From NCBI RefSeq assembly GCF_964213995.1, contig NC_135823.1, forward strand, positions 49,600,001 through 49,664,000: a stretch of DNA of 64,000 nucleotides. Direction: 5' to 3'. The notes beneath the pieces were generated by a model. That model had not been told where the DNA came from, ran no database searches, and was given only the letters and a program-made list of their open reading frames with translations. This document shows, piece after piece, positions 52,265 to 63,215 of this stretch (within the stretch, counting starts at the first letter, position 1; each line of letters begins with the position of its first letter). This DNA comes from Mustelus asterias. Lineage: Eukaryota. A program made the position numbers and the translations under genes.

Positions 52265-52899
52265 CTGCAAAAAAACAAAACAGGTCCATTAATTCTGACC
52301 TTGGCTTTTAGAGAGACAAGGAGAAAGATAAAGGGAACATTCTACCCCATCCACTGCAGGGGAAAGAATGATCCCTACACTATCACCTTTCAACCCACAA
52401 AGGTAAAAGAGTACTGCCCCATACACCCTTTCATTCCCTGAAGGGATAGAGTGTTGCCCCACACTGTTGTCAATTGATTGTAATCTTTACATTCTGTATA
52501 GAAACATTAGTTTGAATTTATTTGTACCATACCTAATGTCAGACCTATAGCCAACCCCATGTCCTTCTCTACACTGTGTCCCACTGCAGATTGGAGCAAA
52601 CCTGTATCAATCCCTAAAAATGTTGAGCCTCCCAGATCCTGATCAATCTAAAGCAATAAGATCAAGGTGAGCTCAGCAACAATTTGCAAGGTCTTGCTGT
52701 GCACAAACTGACCCCCATATCACAAGGAATTGGTTGGTTGCACAGTATTTTGGGACAGATCTAATAATACAAAGCCATTCTTAAAATAAGAGCTGGTGGA
52801 ATCAATTTAAAAATAAACATTTACCTGGAGATTACAAGTGACCTGACTGCTCCAATTTAAATATCCAAAACTGTACCCAGGAAGTCTAATATAAAATAC

Positions 52900-53020
52900 C
52901 TTCATTAGCTCCCTTTCGGAGTTGCTTATAGTTCCCCGCTTGCTGCACAAGATCCAGTATTGTCTTTGTTAGCTGGGCATCCGCAAGAGGATAGGCTTTT
53001 GGGTTAACGTCTTGATCCGT
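52900..53020 (-). CDS. SNU13: SNU13 exon 2
   Basis: [40 protein letters not shown]; tag/gtattt, 121 nt. Confidence 0.97.
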
Positions 53021-53404
53021 CTATAATAAAAAACACAATATATAATTGCACCCATTAGATGGGAGCCTAATATTTAAACTTAGAGCCCTGGACAAAAAGC
53101 AGATGGAGAAACTATAAAGCAAGTTATATGCATCACTCCTCGTGAAAAAAAAGTGTCACCTGAGCTTTTTAGAATCAATTGCTTTAATTCAGTGCTTTCA
53201 GGTAGGAGATATTTAAGAGCTTATTTGGAGATGTAGCCTGTAGGGCTTCAGGCAAAGAGTTGGAATGTGGGATTAGGTTGGATAGCTCTTTGGGTGAGTA
53301 CAGACAGGGGCAGGCAGGACGGTCTCCATGTGAATGTTCTATAACACTCAGTCTCAGGTAATAAATTCTCTGCAGGTGTGGGGCTGCAAACGTGGAGTTG
53401 ACCA

Positions 53405-53490
53405 GGGTGAGGGGACCAATTGGGGGGGGTGAGGGGACCAATTGGGGGGGGTGAGGGGACCAATTGGGGGGGGGGGGGGGGGGGCGGGGG
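53405..53490 (+). repeat. G-rich tandem repeat of about 22 bp plus poly-G in SNU13 intron 1
   Basis: gtgaggggaccaattgggggggg x3 ending in a long G run. Confidence 0.85.
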
Positions 53491-53552
53491 ACTGACTGGC
53501 CCATGTTGAGGAGTCCGGCTGAGCTGCCCAGGGGGAAGTTAACAACCTCCAA

Positions 53553-53845
53553 GGTTTATTAGTGTCACAAGCTGGCTTACATTAACACTGCAATGAGGTT
53601 ACTGTAGAAATCCCCAGGTCCACACTCTGTTTGGGTACACATGGAGAATTCAGCATGGCCAATGCACCTAACCCGCACGTCTTTCGGATTGAGGAAAGCG
53701 GAGCACCCGGAGGAAACCCACGCAGACACGGGGAGAAGGTGCAGCCTCCACACAGACAGTGACCCGATCCGGGAATCGAACCCGGGTCCCTGGCGCTGTG
53801 AAGCAGCAGCAGCAGCGCTAACCACAGGGCCACCATGCCGCCGCC
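53553..53845 (-). mobile_element. HE1-type V-SINE with alternative tail, CpG-retaining, in SNU13 intron 1
   Basis: Same consensus; abuts the CpG island. Confidence 0.85.
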
Positions 53846-54270
53846 GCCTCTCCCCGGGGTTATGAACAGGGGGGAATCGGCAGCAGGAGCGGGCACCTCG
53901 GGGTCTGTATCCGAATCTGAGGGGCCCGAGCGCTGGACCGTTAAAAGCCGGGGGGACGCAGCCCCGAGGGAGCCGGAGGCCTCGGCGGGGAAACACGGGC
54001 CGGAGCCTGCGGCCTCAAACACGCGGGATCCCCGACCGGCTCCCCGGGCCTCACTCACCATCTCCTTCCCGATATAATCCCCGAGCCGGTAACTGGTTTG
54101 CCGCTGGATTTCCCCGCTGTCCCCTCGGCCGCCGCTTCACTGAGGACCCGGAGCCGGCCTGACTTCACCGAGTAACCGGCACTAAAGAGACAGCCTGCAC
54201 AAGAGAACACTCACTCACATCCCGGAGCGGGCGCTAGCTCGCAGCGCCCTCTCCGCTCGGATGTATCAAC
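53840..54270 (-). promoter_or_regulatory. CpG island / SNU13 promoter and first exon
   Basis: High GC and CpG density around the SNU13 ATG exon. Confidence 0.75.
54059..54061 (-). CDS. SNU13: SNU13 exon 1 coding part (ATG only)
   Basis: ATG directly followed by donor gtgagt within a CpG island; total CDS 387 nt = 128 aa. Confidence 0.88.
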
Positions 54271-54477
54271 TACACATGAAGGTCACTTGGCCTCATCTAC
54301 AATTATTCCACCCAGAATGACTGCAGTCTCTGCAATCCAATTTTGATTTGATTTGATTTATTATTGTCACATGTATTAGTACACAGTATTATTTCTTGCA
54401 CGCTATACAGACCATTCATAGAGAAGGATGGGAGAGGGTGCAGAATATACTGTTACTGTCATAGCTGGGGTGTAGAA

Positions 54478-54803
54478 TGGACCTGCAGAGTTTCACTGGC
54501 TGTCTTGTCTGGAGACAATACACATCTTTTTAGCCTGTCTTGATGCTCTCTCCACTCCCATTGTTTTGTTTCTTAAAGACTGGATTAGTTGTAAGTATTC
54601 GCATTCCAACCATTATTCATGTAAATTGAGTCTGTGTCTTATAAGTTCTGTTTGTGAACAGAATTCCCACTCACCTGAAGAAGGGGCTCAGAGCCTCGAA
54701 AGCTTGTGTGGCTTTTGCTACCAAATAAACCTGTTGGACTTTAACCTGGTGTTGTTAAACTTCTTACTGTGTTTTCCCCAGTCCAACGCCGGCATCTCCA
54801 CAT
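54478..54803 (+). mobile_element. Penelope 3'-end fragment (single arm with tail)
   Basis: Near-identical to the arms of 59718-60693; TSD tgtagaa; interrupts a Rex1-type LINE 3' end. Confidence 0.88.
54672..54708 (+). ncRNA. Minimal hammerhead motif
   Basis: cac-CTGAAGA-a-ggggct cag agcctc-GAAA-GCTT-gtg. Confidence 0.7.
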
Positions 54804-55587
54804 GTAGAAAAAAGATCAGCTTAATATTTGGTAGGTCCATTCAAAAGTTTGATGGCAGGAGGAAAGAAGCTGTTCTTGAGTACGTGACCTCAGACTTTTG
54901 TATCTTTTGGAAAAAGGTAGAAGAGAGTATGTCCGGGATGCGATAGGTCCTTGATTATGCTTGCTGCTTTTTTTGCACAATTAATTGGTGGAAGGTTCAA
55001 AAACCAGGGGGCACCAATTTAAGATGATTGACAAAAGAAGCAATGAGGAAAATCTTTTTTACAGAGTGTGTAGTTAGAATCTGGAATGTATTGCCTTAGA
55101 AAGTGGTGGTGGAGGCAGATACAATTGTGGTCTTTGAAAGAGAATTGGATCATTATCTGAAGAGAAAAACAATTGAAGGACTACCAGGAAAATGTAGGAG
55201 AGTGGCACTAGTGATTGGTCTTGCAGACAGCTGGCACAGACACAAAGGGCCGAATGGCTTCCTTCTGTGTTGCAACTATTCTATGATTCAAAGATTGCAG
55301 GTTTTGTTGGCTCTCTACTATATCCGGCTTCCGTAATGGTGGATTTCACAGGGTGTGACACCCACACTGCATGCTTGTGACCACATGAAAACAATGGACA
55401 ATTTTACTTTCTAAAGGAGCAGGGATATGGACAACAAAAACAGAAAATGCTGGAAAATCTCAGCAGGTCTGACAGCATCTGTGGAGAGAGAATAGATGTG
55501 GAGATGCCGGCGTTGGACTGGGGTAAGCACTGTAAGAAGTCTCACAACACCAGGTTAAAGTCCAACAGGTTTATTTGGTAGCAAAAG

Positions 55588-55624
55588 CCACTAGCTTTCG
55601 GAGCACTGCTCCTTCGTCAGGTAA
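55588..55624 (-). ncRNA. Minimal hammerhead motif
   Basis: Minus strand ttac-CTGACGA-a-ggagc agt gctcc-GAAA-GCTA-gtgg. Confidence 0.73.
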
Positions 55625-55656
55625 GTGGGAATTCTTACTGCTCTCTGAACTCCCAC

Positions 55657-55693
55657 TTACCTGATGAAGGAGCAGCGCTTTGAAAGCTAGTGG
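55657..55693 (+). ncRNA. Minimal hammerhead motif
   Basis: ttac-CTGATGA-a-ggagc agc gcttt-GAAA-GCTA-gtgg (two G-U pairs in stem II). Confidence 0.65.
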
Positions 55694-56530
55694 CTTTTGC
55701 TACCAAATAAACCTGTTGGACTTTAACCTGGTGTTGTGAGACTTCTTACTGAGAGAGAATAGAGCCAACATTTTGAGTCTGGGTGACAACTCAAGATGAC
55801 TACACAAGTTTTTCAATAATAAATAAATGTAAGAGAACTAATACTAATCCAAGTAAGGATGCAGGATTTTAGAACAAAGACAGAAAATGCCAGAAGCATA
55901 TAAATCAACATCTGTGGAGAAAACAGACAAGTTACATCAATAATAGTCAGTTCTAACCAAGAGTATGTACTTAAAATATTAGTGAATCTGTTTTATCCAC
56001 ACGTATTGATTGAACTGTTAAATGATGCCAGTAATTCTTCTTTTTGATTTAGGTTTCTAACATCAGCAATTTTCAGTTTCATGTTATGTATGCAAAGTAA
56101 ATTCAAAATGATCACATTAAGATTGGACCAGAAGCCATTCAGCCCATTAAGTCTTTTTCCACCATTTGATAAGATCATGGCTGATCTGATTGTGGGCTCA
56201 ACTCCACTTTCCTGTCTGCTCCCATAACCTTTGACTCCCTTAATTGTTGATCAAAAGTCTATCTAACCCAGCCTTGAATAAATTCAATGACGCAGCCTCC
56301 GCTGGTTTCTGTGGGAGAGATTTCCACAGACTAATGATTCTCTGAGAGAAAAAAAATCCTTATTGGACACTTAAAACACACAAGGGAATCCAAAAGACAC
56401 ACTATATAGCAGAAGGTATGGTAAAATGCAGTGTACACATTAGAATCCACAAATTTTCCAAGAAATTATAGTATAAAATGAAGATTGAGCTCTTTCCCAA
56501 TTTTGCTAAGCTCTTGTCCATGGGCAACAG

Positions 56531-56865
56531 GGGTGGCATGATGGCACAGTGGCTAGCACTGTTGCCTCACAGCGCCAGTGACCTGGGTTCAAATCCAGCC
56601 TCACGTGGCTGTCTGTGTGGCGTTTGCACATTCTCCCTGTGTCTGCGTGGGTTTACCCCGGTTATCCCGGTGCTCCAGTTTCCTCCCACACTCCAAAAAT
56701 GTGCGGGTTAGGTGGATTGCCATGCTAAATTGTCCCTTAGTGTCAGGGGGATTTGCAGGGTGAATATGTGGGTTTACGGAGATAGGGCTGGGTGGGATTG
56801 CTGTCGGTGCAGGCTCGATGGGCCGAATGGCCTCCTTCTGCACTGTAGGGATCTATGATTCTATA
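56531..56865 (+). mobile_element. HE1-type V-SINE
   Basis: Same consensus. Confidence 0.88.
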
Positions 56866-58242
56866 AATCCAGAGAGCAGTTCATAAGGACCTTTCAACAT
56901 TACTTGCCGGTGATTGACAGGTGTCTCCACATTAGTGTGGGAAGGGCAACCTCTGCCTGATAATATCAGATGACCAAATCATGGGGAAAAAATTAAGGGA
57001 CACTTTGATTTTGGAGACCATATGTGTGGGTGGGGGGGTTGCTGGCAAATCTGTTGAGAACAGGCCATTGGGAGAACAGTGCAGTGTGTTTGCACAAGTG
57101 CATACTGTACCTGCATGAAAATCATAGATTAAAAATACGGGACAGTGCTCCAGCAGCAAACAACCAGTGTACTAGGAAAGATGCCTTAAATACAGGATGG
57201 CCCATGCAATCTGGAACAGGTGGTCACTCTTTATTGTTGAGTGGTGGTAGGGACTGTCATATTTTTTGCATTAAAATGCAGGTCACTGGCGATGATCTGC
57301 CATCCTGTGTGTAAGAGCTTCTCTTCTTATCTGTCCCTTAGAATTGAGGTAAACATCCACTCCAGTTTGATGGGTTCTGAGATAACTAAGTCCAAAGTGC
57401 AATCTGCAGACTCTGCCATGTGGAGGGTGATGCCTGAAGGAACGGGCAGATCAGGCGTTTCTTTGGCAGCTTGTACACTCTCTCTTGCCTCAACTTCACC
57501 CCTGCATCCTCCTAACAAAGTCACTCTATGTGTTTAGTGCCTTCCCAAATAACCTTCTCCCACATTTTGACTTTGATTTGATTTTTTGTCACATGTATTG
57601 GTACACAATGAAAAGTATTGTTTCTTGAGCGCTATACAGACAAAGTATACCATACATAGAGAAGGAAAGGAGAGGGCGCAGAATGTAGTGTTACAGTCAT
57701 AGCTAGGGTGTTGAGAAAGATCAACTTAATATGAGGTAGGTCCATTCGAAAGTCTGATTGCAGCAAGGAAGAAGCTGTTCTTGAGTCGGTTGGTACGTGA
57801 CCCATGTGGTATGTTGGAATGTGATTGATCACAATTAGAAACATTTATTGAAACATAGAAGACAGGAGCAGGAGGAGGCCATTCGGCCCTTCACGCCTAC
57901 TCCGCCATTCGTCATGGTCATGGCTGATCGTCCAACTCAATAGCTTAATCCTGCTTTCTCCCCATAACCTTTGATCCCGTTCGCCCCAAGTGCTATATCA
58001 ATTAAGCTCAGGGCTCCCTTGAGTCTGTGAGAATGTGCGAGATGCTTTTAGTTTCCGTAAGTTTTTCTGCTGTCCTTCTGGGAATCAGGTGACAGAGTTC
58101 TCAGTAGAACAGTTGCTTAATTGCTTTGTCAAGAACAGTTGGCCATCATTTTGGGCATGTTTCAAAGCCAGTCTTTGGCGAGTTGTGTGAGTGATTGATC
58201 TGGTTGTTGGTGAGATGGCATGTTCTGTGGGTCAGAGCTGGT

Positions 58243-58650
58243 AAGCCGCCATATTGTGTGGGTCAGACATCTGGTCGCCAGTGAGCCGCCATATTGTGTG
58301 GGTCAGAGATCTGGTCGCTGATGAGCCGCCATATTGTGTGGGTCAGAGATTTGGTTGCTGATGAGCCGCCATATTGTGTGGGTCAGAGATCTGGTCGCTG
58401 ATGAGCCGCCATATTGTGTGGGTCAGAGATTTGGTTGCTGATGAGCCGCCATATTGTGTGGGTCAGAGATCTGGTCGCTGATGAGCCGCCATATTGTGTG
58501 GGTCAGAGATTTGGTCGCTGATGAGCCGCCATATTGTGTGGGTCAGAGATCTGGTCACTAGTGAGCCGCCATATTGTGTGGGTCACGGATCTGGTCGTCA
58601 GTGAGCCGCCATATTGTGTGGGTCGCGGATCTGGTCGCCAGTGAGCTGCC
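58243..58650 (+). repeat. Tandem array, 10 x 40 bp, each unit containing GCCGCCATATTG (YY1-type motif)
   Basis: Unit gagccgccatattgtgtgggtcagagatctggtcgctgat; motif starts at 58245 and every 40 nt through 58605. Confidence 0.95.
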
Positions 58651-59210
58651 GCTGCCGTCGAGAGGATGAGGTCGGTGAAGGGAATGAATTCTGCGCTCGC
58701 GAACCTGGTGGTAAGTATCTCGATCGGTATCTGCGCCAAGGGACAGGTGATTTACTGCCGGACAAAAGGTCCTCGGCCCGGTGTCATTAGCACCACAAAC
58801 GGGGAATTGCCGGTGACCCCGGTGAGGAGCCGGCCGCTGCGGCCTAAGGCGCTGCCCGGAGTTAGAGCGGCCGCTCGGAGCCTCAGCGCCTTCCCTCCCT
58901 CCCGGCTGGGACTCGGCCCTGAACCGACCCTGATCCCCAGTGTCTCCATTCCGGGTGGGAGGCCGGTCACCGGCAGAGTTGGTGGAAGGGGGTTGGTGTT
59001 GTGAGGTTATCGAAGGTCATTCCCACCCAGAGACTCCAAGCTCAGTGCGAGCAGCCAGAAACCCGCAATCCTCCCTCTCCCACAACCTCTGCTACAAAGC
59101 GATGCGTTATAAAACGCACTGCTATATTCCCGCAATCACTGACTGCAGCTCGTCGCCATGTCGGCTTTTGACATTGCAAAGGTTATTCTGATATAACACC
59201 GCGAGCTGCA
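58640..59210 (+). promoter_or_regulatory. CpG island with probable first exon of an unidentified plus-strand gene
   Basis: CpG-dense; consensus donor CTGGTG/gtaagt after 58710; ATGs at 58666 and 58684 are in frame with the donor (phase 0). Confidence 0.6.
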
Positions 59211-59815
59211 CAGTCTTACTGACAGGGCCTCATGTTTTATATTCCTAATTTAAGTGATTATTTCGGGATGTCGGGGGAGGGAATTCTACATTCACCAACA
59301 GTGTTGGGTGTCTTTATAGTATTTGTTAGGTTGACAATTCGTCAATAGATGTAGTTTGTCATTTTCACAGTCACTTCACTGCAGTGTTAGTGTAAGCTTA
59401 CTTGCGACTAATAAATAAACTTTAAATTTAATCTTCCAATCTAAATTTTGCTCTGCATCGGCAACACACACGAACATATGAATTAAGAGCAGAAGTAGGC
59501 CCTTTGGCCCCTCTAGTCCTGCTCTGCCAGTCAATAAGATCACGGATGATCTGATTGTGGTCCCAACTCCACATTCCCACCAACCCCCGTGTTCAATAAT
59601 CTATCTACCTCTGCCTTAAAAATGTTCACTGACCTTGCATCTGCACAAGAGAGTTCCAAAGACTCATGACCCTCTGGGAGAAAGAAAATCTTCTCATCTC
59701 TGTCTTAAATGGGAAACATGATGTGGAGATGCCGGCGTTGGACTGGGGTAAACACAGTAAGAAGTTTAACAACACCAGGTTAAAGTCCAACAGGTTTATT
59801 TGGTAGCAAAAGCCA

Positions 59816-59852
59816 CACAAGCTTTCGAGGCTCTGAGCCCCTTCTTCAGGTG
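59816..59852 (-). ncRNA. Minimal hammerhead motif
   Basis: Minus strand cac-CTGAAGA-a-ggggct cag agcctc-GAAA-GCTT-gtg. Confidence 0.7.
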
Positions 59853-60598
59853 AGTGGGAATTCTGTTCACAAACAGAACTTATAAGACACAGACTCAATT
59901 TACATGAATAATGGTTGGAATGCGAATACTTACAACTAATCCAGTCTTTAAGAAACAAAACAATGGGAGTGGAGAGAGCATCAAGACAGGCTAAAAAGAT
60001 GTGTATTGTCTCCAGACAAGACAGCCAGTGAAACTCTGCAGGTCCACGCAACTGTGGGAGTTACAAATAGTGTGACATAAATTCTGATTCTAGGATCGCA
60101 TGATAAAGACTCAGGAGGAAAAAAGCAGAAATATTTATGTGAAATAGTGTGACATAAACCCAATATCCCGGTTGAGGCCGTCCTTGTGTGTGCGGAACCT
60201 GGCTATCAGTTTCTGCTCAGCGCAGAGTCGCGGAGCAGAAACTGATAGCCAGGTTCCGCACACACAAGGACGGCCTCAACCGGGATATTGGGTTTATGTC
60301 ACACTATTTCACATAAATATTTCTGCTTTTTTCCTCCTGAGTCTTTATCATGCGATCCTAGAATCAGAATTTATGTCACACTATTTGTAACTCCCACAGT
60401 TGCGTGGACCTGCAGAGTTTCACTGGCTGTCTTGTCTGGAGACAATACACATCTTTTTAGCCTGTCTTGATGCTCTCTCCACTCCCATTGTTTTGTTTCT
60501 TAAAGACTGGATTAGTTGTAAGTATTCGCATTCCAACCATTATTCATGTAAATTGAGTCTGTGTCTTATAAGTTCTGTTTGTGAACAGAATTCCCACT

Positions 60599-60635
60599 CA
60601 CCTGAAGAAGGGGCTCAGAGCCTCGAAAGCTTGTG
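60599..60635 (+). ncRNA. Minimal hammerhead motif
   Basis: cac-CTGAAGA-a-ggggct cag agcctc-GAAA-GCTT-gtg. Confidence 0.7.
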
Positions 60636-61156
60636 TGGCTTTTGCTACCAAATAAACCTGTTGGACTTTAACCTGGTGTTGTTAAACTTCTTAAATGGGA
60701 AACCCATTTTTAAACCGTGTCCCCTAGTTCTAGTCTCTCCACCATGTCAAGTCCTCTCAGGATCAGTAAGGTTCCAATAAAGATGCTAAACATCCAGCTC
60801 AACTCCATCTTTATTACTAGCACAAAAAATTAAGAATCACAACACACAGATGGGCTTTATTGCAAAGGGACATTGTATACAAAATCAAGGAATTTTTGTT
60901 GAGTTTGCCCAAGGCGCTGCTCAGGTCACATTGGAATGTTGCACACAGTTCTGAACACCTTGTTATAGGAATGATAATACCTTGGAAAGGAGACAGTAAA
61001 GATTCAATTGGAAAGTTTAAGGGGCATCGAGCCGAGATTTAAATAGTGACTGTCTGTTTCTGGTTGCCAGGTCAGTAATGAGTGAACATAGACTCAGTTA
61101 TCATTAGAAGAAAAGGAAGTTAGAAATTACTTTACACTGAGGTTCATGAAGAAAAG

Positions 61157-61776
61157 GGTAGCACTGCTACCTCACAACTCCAGGGACCTGGGTTCAATTC
61201 CCGGCACGGTAGCACAGTGGTTAGCACTGCTGCTTCACAGCTCCAGGGTCCCGGGTTTGATTCCCGACTCGGGTCACTGTCTGTGTGGAGTTTGCACATT
61301 CTCCTCGTGTCTGCGTGGGTTTCCTCCGGGTGCTCCGGTTTCCTCCCACAGTCCAAAGATGTGCGGGTTAGGTTGATTGGCCAGGTTAAAATTGCCCCTG
61401 AGATGCGTAGCTTAGAGGGATTAGCGGGTAAATATGCGGGGGTAGGGCTTGGGTGGGATTGTGGTCGGTGCAGACTCGATGGGCCGAATGGCCTCCTTCT
61501 GCACTGTAGGGTTTCTAATTCTGGCCTTGGGTGACTGTGTGCTGTTTGCATATTCACCCCTGTGTCTGCGTGGGTTTCCTCCCAATGTCCGAAGATATGC
61601 AGGTTAGGTGGATTGGCCATGTTAAATTGCCCCTTAGTGTCCCAAGATGTGTAGGTTAAGAGAATTAGCGAGGTAAACACATGGGGTTACAGGGAGAGTG
61701 CCCGGGTAAGATAAAAAGGCGGGTCGGTGCAGACTCGATGGGCCGAATGGCCTCCTTTCGCAGTGTGGGGATTCTA
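61157..61776 (+). mobile_element. Nested HE1 SINEs (inner copy about 61202-61517 inserted at the B-box of an outer copy)
   Basis: Outer head breaks after gggttcaattcc and resumes at ggccttgggtgactgtg. Confidence 0.85.
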
Positions 61777-61930
61777 ATAGAAACAACAAGTGGTTATTGG
61801 AGCAGGACTCTAGTATAACTTTAAAAATATATACAAGAGTTAATTCAAAATGGGTTAATATCAATAACTGGATGGTTTGAATTAATAGTTAATATGAATT
61901 ATCCTATTAAAGAACAAGGCTTTGATAGGT

Positions 61931-62075
61931 ATGGGAATGCTGGAAAGACTCAGCAGGCCTGGCAGTATCTGAGGAGAGATACTCTGGAGAGAAATTTCTC
62001 CTCGGATGCTGCCAGGCCTGCTGAGTTTTCCAAGCATTTTCTGTTTATGGTTCAGATTTCCAGCATCCACAGTAT
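61931..62075. mobile_element. Family-2 fold-back element
   Basis: aatgctggaaagactcagcaggcctggcag... and its reverse complement plus tail; TSD tttgataggt at 61921-61930 and 62076-62085. Confidence 0.7.
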
Positions 62076-62894
62076 TTTGATAGGTCAGGATTAGACTGTA
62101 ATAAAATAATAATGGGAAAGGAGGTTGGAGTAGTTAGATTTAAGATGAAGGGATTTGAGGGAAAACCTTTTCACCCAGAGGGTGGTGGGAATCTGGAACT
62201 CATTGCCTGAAAGGATGCTAGAGGTGGAAACCCTTATAACATTTAAGAAGTATTTAGATGAGCACTTGAAATGCCAAAGCATACAAAGCTGTGGACCAAG
62301 TGCTGGAAAATGGGATTAGATTGGATAGGTGCTTGATGACCAGCACAGACTTGATGGGGCTAAAGGTGTTCTTTCTATGCTATAAAACTTTGACTCTGTG
62401 ACTCTAACTCCAGTTGAATGGTTAGAACCAGCACAGGCACTATAAGCCAAGTGGTTTCTTACATTGTCACTTCTTTGGTTTTTTTTTTAAGGATCTTTGA
62501 TCTTTGACTCATAACTGATAGATGAAGACTCATATGGCTTTAAAAGCCTGGTTAACAAGGAGAAAAATGAAGCAGTTTAAACAAACTCCTCATTGTGGTG
62601 TAGCACAGAGTTGGCCCACGAAGGGCCATGTATGCACTACATTGAGTTTCTGTGTTGAGGCTTGCACTGTAACTAGGAGCTGAGGGAGGTCAGATGGAGC
62701 AGAGCTGTCCCTGGCCACCAGTCACTCAGCACAGCAGTGATGGAGACTTGAGCAGGATTCCATTCACCTTCCACTGTAGCCCTGGATAAATAGCCAAAGC
62801 TGAAAAAATTGCTACAATAAGGAAGCCGTGGTCTACATTGTACTATTATTAATAATCATTAAAAGTTTAACTGATGATTAAAACTGTATAGACT

Positions 62895-63215
62895 TGAAAC
62901 ACTCAGAGGGTCTGACAGCATCTGGAGAGATAGGAACAGAATTAACATTTCAGGTCGATGACCTTTCAACAGAACTGGAACGAGTTATTGATATAATACA
63001 TTTTTAGCAAACACCGAGCAATGGAAGGGGTGTAAAGAACAAAAGGGAAGGTCTGTGACAAAGTGGAAGACAGGAGGGATTAAATGACAACAGGAATGAT
63101 GGTGTAAAACATTAACTCTTTCTCTGTCCACAGATGCTGCCAGGCCAGCTGAGTATTTGCAGCATTTTCTGCTTTTACTTCAGAATCCCAGCACCTGCAA
63201 TATTTTGCTTCTGTA
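62895..63215. mobile_element. Family-2 fold-back element (older copy)
   Basis: actcagagggtctgacagcatctggagaga ... tctctgtccacagatgctgccaggccagctgagt plus tail; contains a degenerate hammerhead. Confidence 0.6.
62940..62976 (-). ncRNA. Degenerate hammerhead motif of a second fold-back family
   Basis: Minus strand agtt-CTGTTGA-a-aggtc atc gacct-GAAA-TGTT-aatt; two substitutions away from CTGATGA...GAAACGTT. Confidence 0.5.

Larger units (their letters stand above)
55495..55750. mobile_element. Short Penelope-derived fold-back element
   Basis: Inverted arms with tail on the left arm only; TSD gagagagaataga at 55484-55496 and 55751-55763; nested in a family-2 element. Confidence 0.9.
59718..60693. 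mobile_element. Penelope-derived fold-back element (arms of about 460 bp, 14-nt loop)
   Basis: About 59758-60218 is the reverse complement of 60233-60693; includes the GIY-YIG C-terminus (EQKLIARFRTHKDGLNRDIGFMSHY); TSD tcttaaatgggaaac at 59703-59717 and 60689-60703. Confidence 0.93.

Noticed and set aside
58243-58650. Possible CRISPR-like array
   Set aside because: Units are contiguous near-identical 40-mers with no unique spacers, there are no cas genes, and the context is eukaryotic
59626-60780. Identical ORFs on opposite strands (MRGPAEFHWLSCLET..., MGLCHTISHKYF...)
   Set aside because: Consequence of the palindromic Penelope 3' UTR; no coding evidence
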